From contig NC_043007.1 in assembly GCF_006345805.1 (NCBI RefSeq), forward strand, positions 65,906,001 to 65,970,000: 64,000 nt of DNA, read 5' to 3'. Below are positions 54,385-64,000 of the stretch, piece by piece (positions within the stretch are counted from its first letter, which is position 1; every line of letters starts with the position of its first letter). Source of the stretch: Octopus sinensis. Lineage: Eukaryota. A program made the translations under genes and the position numbers. The notes under the pieces were generated by a model, which saw only the letters and a list, made by a program, of their open reading frames with translations, made no database searches and was not told where the DNA came from.

Positions 54385-54650
54385 AGGGTAAAAACCCTTC
54401 GGTCATGAATGACCATGGAATTGCACATAGAAAATTACCTTCCGAGGTCCATTTCCGAACAAGGTTGTTTATGGAAAACCAGCAGCCACCCATGCGTACC
54501 AGCCTCTCCTTTCTATGCCACTGATGTTATCCATGGGAAAGACAAAGGCCGATACTGTTTGGCTCCAGTGACATCGCAACTCATTTCTACAGGTGAGTGA
54601 ACTGGAGCAACGTGAAATAAAGTGTCTTGCTCAAGAACGCAATACACAAC
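54385..54650 (-). mobile_element. SINE fragment; related 3' segment at 26400-26560
   Basis: GGAGCAACGTGAAATAAAGTGTCTTGCTCAAG core. The GGTCATGAATGACCATGG.ATTGCAC tail matches the reverse complement of 26500-26535. Confidence 0.6.
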
Positions 54651-55029
54651 TCGAAAATGCAGAAGTGTGGGCCACTTTCGGTATCAAATATGCCGGATAA
54701 TTGTTCCAGTAGGTGGTTTTTAATAATTCATCTTATAATAGAAGTCACAATCCTTCTAAACATCCCTATCCCACCCTCTTGACATCTGCTTCCCCTCCTT
54801 CTGAGCTCACAATGCCCCTTTCAATGTGCATTTGAGGTCATCCTTATAAAACAGTTGATTTATTATCACCTTGTTTTGGTAAACTCATAGGCAGGTTAAG
54901 ATTTTCTCAGTATATTTCTCGAAGGGATTAATGACGAAGTGTTGTGGAATGAGCAAGTCTCCCTGGAAAATCCCCCAGCGTATTTTCACGTTATTATTAT
55001 TATTGTTTTTATTGTTATTGTTGTTGTTA

Positions 55030-55094
<65 letters not shown>

Positions 55095-55108
55095 TTATTT
55101 ATCATTTT

Positions 55109-55543
55109 GCATGCCATCAAAATGACACTGGGATAAAATATACGAAGCCCAGTATACCCATCATGACTACCCGTCTGATAAGGGTACACTAGGCACATGC
55201 ATCACAACCATATGTGCGCGACATGGTGATCTCATATCAAGATAAACAGCACATGACCTTGCAGGTGGGTCCCAGTTAGAATTTTCTTCTGGTCGGGTAA
55301 CCCATCCCGCTCAAAAGGTCCCTGAATAAGGATTGTTTAAGGATATTGAACGAAACACCCATGTTTCCAGAGGTGAATCATTCAAACCCCAAAGAATCCC
55401 TCTCAACACATGGCTATGATGCTCCCCCACTACTTCTGCTCGTGATCAGAGATGCACATATCGTCAGCCACTAAGGGACATGCTCAACTGGTTACGGTCA
55501 AACAACTGACAAGCAAATCTGTGGTATTGAGCAGAATATTTGC
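55109..55543 (-). mobile_element. (TAA)n-associated repeat, partial
   Basis: Reverse complement of 22282-22806, preceded by (ATT)n. Confidence 0.85.
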
Positions 55544-56947
55544 AATCAAAAGATATGGAAATATGTGTTGTTACAGGCAGATCATTCTAGTGTGTCACAT
55601 CCAGTAGCAACATATTTCATTTTTTTTTTTTGCTCCAACTTTGACCCTCCATAAATCCTAAATTATTTTCGTTGAATGCTCGAAATGAGGACTAGATAGA
55701 CAGCTGACAACTGATGAAGGGTCCTTTCTCTGTGTTTACTTGTTTTACTTGTCCTGTTTTTACGTTTCATGTTGTTTGCACAATTGGTGCCGTCCTGAAA
55801 AAGCTTGGTAGTATTTATTCATCATTATACATGTTTCTTTTGCTAATATGAATCACCAAGTTGTACATGTTTAGACAAATATGTAAGAAATTTCCCTATA
55901 AGAAATTCTTCAGAGAATCTTATATATATGCATGTATCTATGTGTATGTATGTATGTATGTATGTATGTATGTATGTATGCATGTATGTATGTATGTACG
56001 TATGTATGTATGTATGTATGTATGTATGTATGTATGTATGTATGTATGTGTGTATGTATGTATGTGTGTCTGTCTGTCTGTCTGTCTGAATGTATGTATA
56101 TATATTGATGGATAGAGTTATGCATGTATCCATGCGTGTAAATATGTGTGCATGTATGCATGTATGTATGTACACATGTATATGTGTATGTATGGCTTGA
56201 TGGATAGATGGATAGATGAGTGTATGGATTCTTAATCGACAAAAGATACAATGTCACTCAAAGTGCGAGAGTTTCATGCATGTCGCTTTTCAATAGCTGT
56301 CAGCGTTTGAGTTACTTCGAAGCTCCTGTCGGTATATATATTACATACATAGATATACACAATCGTACGCGTGTCACTCGCAGTGTCTATAATAAGGGAG
56401 CCATCAGTACCATCACTGTCATCCGCATCATCGCCACCACAGCCATCACCCATACCTTAGAAAAAAAACGTTGTCTTACGGTGCGAAACACCGCTATAAT
56501 AATACTACACGAACATTAGCGGAATGCCCAACAACGGCTGCAGCGAAGACATCTTAATGCGATATTTTGTCCAGTCACATATTAATAACATTACACCGAC
56601 CATTGATTATTCCCGCCACAGGCCAAGCAGAATTGTATAAAGCAGACGACAACACCGTGTTTAAAGATTATAGCAATTACCAATTTTACTAATGCCATCT
56701 GCTTGATGTAGGCGGCATGGCATCCTCATAAATAAATAAATAAACCAGCATCAAGACCGATATTGTTTAGTGTGAGACCATAACGAAAATGAAATTCCAT
56801 CCCCCAATTTATTCTTGTTTTGTCGAGGCTGTTTCTTGTTGCCAACTTTTTTTGTTTTCATTCTCCCTTTTGCGTTTTGTTGTTGTTGTTGCTGTGGTGG
56901 TGTTGGTTGTGGTGCTATAGTTCTTACAACTGCTGTTCCTTTTATAT

Positions 56948-56983
<36 letters not shown>

Positions 56984-57563
56984 TTGTTGTTGTTGTTGTT
57001 AATGTTTTTGTTGACTTTGGTGATGGTGGTGAGAGTGGAGTTTCATGTTGGCAGATATAAGCTGCTGTTATTGTTATTGTCTTTATGGTTGTTCTAATTA
57101 GTGATGGTGGTGATGGCGGTGCATGATGACGGATAACACACGTTGTTGTTCTCTCTTTTTTTGTTATGTTTTAGTTCAGATCTCCCGTCCATGCGTGTCA
57201 ACCCTCGTCGAACAGCTGTGCGATCGGAAGAATTCTGACAACGACCACCGTCAGTTTTCCTGTGCACAGGAAATACCGACTCTGTGAGTGTGTGCATACG
57301 CGCGTGCGTGTGTGTGTGTAAGATGCAACCACACGGTTTCAGGTTCAATCCCACTGCGCAACAACAAATTGGGCAAGACAACCGATGCTTTGTGTAGGAA
57401 TCTGTTCGAGAGAAAGCGTCTATATGTATGTATGTATGTAGCTATCTATCTATTATCTATCTATCTTATCTATAATATATATATAGATATATATATATAT
57501 ATATATAATATATACAATACATATATGTATACGTATATATATATATGTATGTATAGATTATAA

Positions 57564-57657
<94 letters not shown>

Positions 57658-58039
57658 TTATTATTCAGACATCGATGTTTCCAGTTTTTTTACTCTTGTC
57701 AATGAGATGTAGCTAAGCAGGGCAACTCTGAACAAACTTAATAAAGCTTGTAGCTTTATATATAATTCAGTCAACACGTTGACTGATTTGCGCAAGTAGA
57801 TCGCCCGATCACGATAGATAACGAAGCATTGGTGCAAGGCAATGTTTAGGTATGAGCACAACGTAGGTTAGTTGAAATATGTTTGTCACATATTTCAAGT
57901 GCTAAAGGCAAATACACTGCATTTATCATGGGGAAATATATCTCTTATGGTAAAAAGGTGTGAAAACAGTTCGTTCATACCTAACCACTGCTTTGCGCTA
58001 ATGCTTCGTTATTTATCTCGATCGAAGTTTCATTTGTTC

Positions 58040-58470
58040 GTTCTGAGCTGCTTGGTTTCCAAGACATGTGGTCTTTGGTTCAGTCCCACAATACAGCACA
58101 TTTGGCAAGTGTGTTCTACTACAGCCCCGGACAGACCAAATCTTTGTGAGAGGAATTGATAGACAGAAACTGAAAGAAACCGCTAGTATGTGTGTTTATA
58201 TATATATTATACATGTAAGTGTGTGTGTGCCCGCGCACGTGTGTGAGACTGTGTTTGTGCTTGACTCCCATCAATGCTTGACAACCGGCATTGGTTTGCT
58301 TGCGTCTTCGTAACCAGCGGTTCGGCAAAAGAGATGGATCGAAGAAAAAAGGGCTTTGGAAATGTAAAATAAGAACTGGGCTCGACTTCTTCGACTAAAC
58401 CGTCAAGGTGATACCCCAGCACAGCGTTTGTCCAGTGAGTGAAGCAAGTAAAAGATGAAAGATAAACGGT
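58040..58470 (+). mobile_element. SINE family A, diverged
   Basis: GGTTCAGTCCCAC...TTGGCAAGTGTGTTCTACT...GCGGTTCGGCAAAAGAGA. Confidence 0.75.
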
Positions 58471-58754
58471 TATTGAACGATCCCATCTGTTTATGACGGT
58501 AAGGTACACAATAGAGTAGATTTTGAACTGCCATTATTAGGATGTTGTGGAGGCTTCTCTGTTAGAATGGACTTTGCAGTATAATTGATAATAGTAGTTT
58601 GTAGTGGTTTCATTGTTGTTGCTGTTGTTGTTGTTGCAGCTGTTGCGCAAGCCTATAGTAAACAGCGTTCCACTCATGCCTGTACTACCTTTGTGTTTGT
58701 GTGTTCAGAGACTACGTTGTTTAAAGTATTTATCCTCCAGTTTAAGGTAATGGA

Positions 58755-59020
58755 TGTCTGATTTGAGGGAGGTTTGGTCACTATTATTATCCACTAAAGC
58801 GGTGGTTAGCAGAAATGTTACTGCACTGGACGAAATACTTAGTAGCATTTTTTTCCGGCTTTACGTTCTGTGTTCAAAATTTGCCGAGGACAACTTTGCC
58901 TTTCATTCAATCAGAATCAATAAAGATATGAACTAGTTGAGCACCTTGGTCGATGTAATCGACTACATCACATTCTCCAAAATTTCAGACCTTGTGCCTA
59001 TAGTAGAAAGGATTATTTCT
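58755..59020 (+). mobile_element. SINE family B, diverged
   Basis: TTACGTTCTGTGTTCAAAATTTGCCGAGG...CCTTGTGCC. Confidence 0.7.
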
Positions 59021-60282
59021 AAGAGAGGCTTCCATTTTGGCTCATGATAACGTTGATGATGATGGTGCCAGTGCTACATTTGTTATTGGGGGTGGTTGTG
59101 GTGGTGGTGGTGGTGGTGGTGGCATGTGATAGTTGGGGGTGCTAGATAATGCTGATGTTGATGTTGATGTTAGGTGGAGGTTATGGCGATAGTGATGTTG
59201 GTGGATGGTGGATGGTGGCACTGCTAGTAGTAATGGTAGGGGTGGCCGTGGTGCTTGCGGTTGTCATGGTGGTGATGGTAGTGGTGGTGCATGATGTTTG
59301 CGGGTACAAGATGATTTGATGTCATGTGGGGGGTTAAGGCGGTGGTGCTGTGCTTGTCAAGTGTATATTTTTGTCCTTTTGTTTTCATTTTTATTTCATT
59401 GTGCCTTGCATCGATGTTATTATTAGCGTTGTTGATGTTATTGTTGTTGTTGTTGCCCTTGTCATCGCCGTCGTTATTTTCCTCGCCGACGTTGCCGTTC
59501 TTTTCTTCCTCTTCCCCCTCTCCTCCCTCTCTCCTCTTCCTTGTATTTTTCCACTTTCCAATCATCATCTACATCATTATCGTGGTCATCATCCTCAACA
59601 TTGTTATCATCCTCCTCCCCATCATCATCCTCATCATGAGTACACCACCATCATCACCGTTGTCATCATCGTTTTCACTACCACCATCATCGTCGACGTT
59701 GTTGTCGTCATCATCATCATCACCACCACCACCACCACCACCACCACCACCACCACCTCATCAACAACAACATCATCATCATCGCCGTCGTTGTCAATAC
59801 GAAGAATAATTTAATATAATTATCATTTTAGCGTGTGCACCTATTTCGTGCAGACTGTACTCTGCGAACCGTGTCTGCAACCTAGTTTCGATTCCCAATG
59901 GAATTCTCTACCCATACGATGCTAATTCCTCATGGGAAAACACCTCGATGTCAACAACAGTTCTCCCAGCAACATTCTTTGTCATAAATAAATCACAGAA
60001 GCTGTCGGTCGCTCCTTTATAAAACATTAAACGGTGGTTGAATTAATAAAACAATACCAGATGACAATGATTTAGGATGACTTACTTGCGATAATTTACG
60101 TTCTAATTTCGAGTCCCAGCAATGTTCGTTGTGCCCTCTAACCTTCCGTGGGGTATAAATAAAACAAGTGAAGATTTGGCTGAGTTTTTAGCGTTGGCTC
60201 TTTGCACTTTGAGTTCAAATAACGCCATTGCTAATATTGTCTTTTGTCCTTTAGAGATCGACAAATGAAATACCCGTTCTCT

Positions 60283-60515
60283 CTTATTTCTTTATTACAC
60301 ACAAGGGGCTAAACATAGAGGGGACAAACATGGACAGACAAAAGTATTAAGTCGATTACATCGACCCCAGTGCGTAACTGGTACTTAATTTATCTACCCT
60401 GAAAGGATGAAAGGCAAAGTCGATCTCGGCGGAATTTGAACTCAGAACGTAAAGGCAGACGAAATACCGCTAAGCATTTCTCCCAGCATGCTAAAGTTTC
60501 TGCCAGTTCGATCGG
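60283..60515 (-). mobile_element. SINE family B, near full length
   Basis: Reverse complement of 42394-42609. Confidence 0.85.
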
Positions 60516-61687
60516 TTGCTCTGGCCTGGACGGGGTGGATTCCACCAGGTTTAAAATGTCAAAGAATGTTTCGACGATGGCCCTATAATTGTACCATGTG
60601 CTAAGCCTTTCAAAAACAGAGTACCAGGTATATTGCAAACCCTGTTTTACTTATCTGACCTCGATAAATCTTCTTAGAATACATATTCTTTTGAAAGACA
60701 GAAAAAGCTATGAAAAAGAAAAAAGCTCGTGACTTTTTCTTATGACATATTATCTGAAATATTTGTCTCGAGATGTATTACTTATGGAACGATATAGGAG
60801 ACATAATCGGGATCTTCTATATATAATGGAGAAAGCTGCTTATTAATTAGGTGTGTTACAGTTACTAAATTAAAGCAATTATTAAAGGCTCGACCGTCTG
60901 GAGATTTGTTTTATAAATTTATATTCCAAGAAATTTCCTGAAATTTCGATTTCTGAAGTTTATTGAATATTTGAACTACAAGCTTTCCCCAAATTTAAAT
61001 ATTCGTTGCATTTACTGCGGAGTAGATTTTAATATTGCAGACGAAATTTTCCGTTTTCATTAGTAACAATCTCTGTCTCTCTCTCTTTCTCTCTCTCTCC
61101 CTTTCTCTCTCTCTCTCTCTCTCTCTCACCCACACACACACACACACTCTTTCTCTTCTATTTTTATTAATGTTAATTTAATACATATTTCAATGCTTTT
61201 AATTCACTATTTTCAAAACGCACAGTTTATTCTATATACGTAATGTATGAACATTTATTGAATGAATGCTATTAGACAAAATAGCTGCATAACTTTGACA
61301 CGAGACATAATTTCAAAAATAATAACAGTTTCTGGAATTTGTTAAATGAATATTTTTGATAAAAATGAAAATTTTTTAATAGACCGGTATGATTTAAAAA
61401 AAATTAGGAAGTGGTATGGCTGTTTGGAACGCTATACGCCTTACAATAATAGCTATGTGATCGCTGCTATTTCTAGCATGCTAAACGTGGTTGGGTTACC
61501 TTGAATTTTTTTTTAAATTAAAGACATATTACAACTACGATAAATTACTGAAAGAAATATTTACTAAGCAAGTGAGATTTTTATAAATTGAAGTTTTCAG
61601 GAAAATTTACTTTCTGAACTTCCTTTAATTATTGAATATTTCAAGTTCACAAATTTAAATACTCGGTACGAAGATACAGCACGGAGT

Positions 61688-61738
61688 TTTGTCAGTGAAC
61701 AGGTCGCGGTTTCAAAGCGACGAAAATATTTTGACAAA
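61688..61738 (+). ncRNA. Minimal type-I hammerhead fold, G3-C8 core variant (copy 2, all helices intact)
   Basis: TTTGTCA-GTGAACA-G-GTCGC-ggtttcaaa-GCGAC-GAAA-ATATT-T-TGACAAA: 7-bp stem I, 5-bp stem II, palindromic stem III AATATT, UUU cleavage triplet. Confidence 0.8.
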
Positions 61739-61860
61739 TTAAATTTAAATGTTGAAGTGAATCTAACGGTTTTTGTGTGTTTCTTAAATGGCTTATAAAC
61801 ACCTTCCACGCTGCAATTGTTTATTATTATTATTATGATGATAATGATGATGATTTTCTT

Positions 61861-62266
61861 GCTTGTCAGTTCTTTGACCTGAATCAACTAAGCATTCCTA
61901 CGGTAGCTGACAATATGTGCATCTCTGATCACAAGCAGAAGTAGTGGGGGAGCATCGTAACCATGTGTTGAGAGAAATTCTTTGCGGTTTGAATGATTCA
62001 CCTCTAGAAACATGGGTGTTTCGTTCAGCATCCTTAAATAACCCTTATTCAAGGACCTTTTGAGTGGGATGGACTACTCGACCTAAAGAAAATTCTAACT
62101 GGGCCCAACCTGCAAGGTTATGTGCTGCTTATCTTGACATAGAGTCACCATGTCGTGCACATCATTACTAACCGCCTGATAAGGCGGGTAGTTATGATGG
62201 GGGTATTGGGCTTCCTATAGTTGTACCCGAGGGTCACGTTGATGGCATGCATTGCTCTATCACTCA
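61861..62266 (+). mobile_element. (TAA)n-associated repeat, 5'-truncated
   Basis: Aligns to 22390-22806 and is followed by (TAA)n(TAG)n. Confidence 0.85.
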
Positions 62267-62285
62267 GTAATAATAATAATAATGA

Positions 62286-62341
<56 letters not shown>

Positions 62342-62509
62342 AAAACAATAATTTCTTTTAGTAGCCACAGGGGCATAGATGAGGGAGACATCAGGAGGAA
62401 AGACAATTTGTGAGGAGATTTGCACAACGGATGATTAGAAAGAAACGGCAAATACTGTTAAATGTGATAAAAGTATACATATTAAACCAAGTATGGGATA
62501 ACATTAATG

Positions 62510-63310
62510 ATGCAGTTCTAATAGAGAAAAAAAATTCAAACTAGAGTCAATAAAGGAACTCCACAGGTTCAGGATTATCCTGACCACCAAAGGTACGAGC
62601 CATCTCTCATGGTCTCCAATCTACAGGCATAAGCTTAGAGTAGGGCCATTCATTCCGACTATTTTTACCAGTCACCCATCTCTTCACAAGTTTATCGGTA
62701 GGCAGTCCTTCACACTCCACTCTCACTTACCTTTCCAAGTGGGACTTAAAAAAAAATCATTTAAGGCTTCACTGAAGAGGAAGATGTCTTTCACAATCCT
62801 TTCAGCTATGTCTACCACAAAACCTCTTTCACCATCGCCACTAGAGTGAGGGATACCGTACGCCCCGACTTTTTAAATGTAGGTAGTGGGGCGATCCAAA
62901 AGATGAATTCAGCCAATAGTCGTATTCGATAACAGCTATTCTCATAACTCTACAAGTAAGCAATCCTTGGACACGGGTGCGTGCTCGACGGTTTCATCGC
63001 ACTGAGCTCTTCTCGAATAGTCCCACTCGGCAGTACTCCGTGCCTGTAGAGTTTATCTCTAACTGGTAGTGATCCTTGGAAGCACTGGTAGACCGAGGAC
63101 TTCTAGAAGTTAACCATGGTAGTACTGAGAGCGATAGTCCTCCGAAATAGACCAGCGAGTTCATCGTCGATATATTGAGCTTTCTCTGATAACGCAATTG
63201 CTCTTAACCACTACTAGATATCTATACATTGCTAACATAGAACTTCTGCCGACCGAATAACCCGACTAGTAGAGGGCAGTGAGCGCCTGACGGTATTCCA
63301 GATGCCAGAC
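62510..63310 (-). mobile_element. L1/Tx1-clade LINE ORF2 C-terminus (zf-RVT region), degenerate
   Basis: QCFQGSLPVRDKLYRHG, CDETVEHA, LVAMVKEVLW*T*LKGL, FFKSHLERKVRVE, across frameshifts. Confidence 0.7.
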
Positions 63311-64000
63311 GTCTAAAGATCTTTGTGAAGACCGTATGTAAAATGAATGGCCTAGTTTCAACAGTGCAGATATTCAGCATGGATATCGGAATGGAATTTG
63401 TGACTAAAATGTGTGGTATGCTTATAATACACAAAGACAATGTAGTGTCGTATAATGGTATAGTACTACCCAACGATGAGAAAGGCAAGGGCATTGGGTC
63501 TGATGGATATAAGTATCTGGGTATTTTGGAATATTAAAAAAATCAAAGAAAGTGAAATGAAGGAAAGCTTTAAGCAAGAATTTCTCAGAAGGACCAAATT
63601 AATTATAGGAAGTAGACTCAATAGAAAAAACAAGATCAGTTCAATGAACACATGGGCTGTTTCTTTAATGCGATATGGCGCAAGTGTTGTTAGGGGGATA
63701 AAGAACGAGCTTGGGGAAATGAACAGGAAAACCAGGAAAGTGATGACAATTAACAAGGAACTACACACGAAAAGGGACATTGACAAGTTGTATGTGCTTA
63801 GGAACAAGGGAGGAAGAGGCCTCATAGGATGCGAAATCTGTGATGTCAACGAGAAGAACAGTCTGGGATAGTACATCAAATAACAGAGTGAATCCTTGCT
63901 TGCCGCTGTTAGAATTAGCATTACAAGACCTACCGAAAATGTGATGCACCCACAAATAATTAAGAAACAAGATGAAGAAAGAGTAAACAATAAGAAAATG
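63311..64000 (+). mobile_element. R4/Dong-clade LINE RT fragment (from the catalytic-motif region onward), runs off the window
   Basis: LKIF...DIGMEF...GYKYLGILE / MNTWAVSLMRYGA / DIDKLYVLRNKGGRGL, homologous to 39260-39800. Confidence 0.88.

Noticed and set aside
55711-55812. CTGATGA with a distant GAAA; similar orphan cores at 41872 and 54216
   Set aside because: Stems I and III cannot be completed. They may be eroded family members but are not supportable as ribozymes.

Overview
This is AT-rich, microsatellite-dense eukaryotic genomic DNA. The repeat families and repeat composition point to a coleoid cephalopod, probably Octopus (inference). No intact host gene is visible. Almost all ORFs in the track are translations of simple repeats, and the only recognisable proteins are decayed non-LTR retrotransposon fragments: R4/Dong-type RT-RLE, HERO-type, L1/Tx1-type and RTE-type. 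The rest is tRNA-derived SINEs, a ~525-bp (TAA)n-associated repeat, a Helitron-like element and several long foldback elements. The main unexplained signal is a set of minimal type-I hammerhead ribozyme folds in unrelated non-coding repeats, each with a palindromic stem III as in Penelope-like elements. One family (61688-61738 + and 15334-15384 -) has a GUGAACA core, a compensatory swap of the C3-G8 tertiary pair to G3-C8. Another has a canonical core (42232-42313), and one sits in the body of a tRNA-headed SINE (14161-14465). A single 55-nt candidate coding exon lies at 45919-45973. All calls are by eye, without searches or folding software, and repeat boundaries are approximate.
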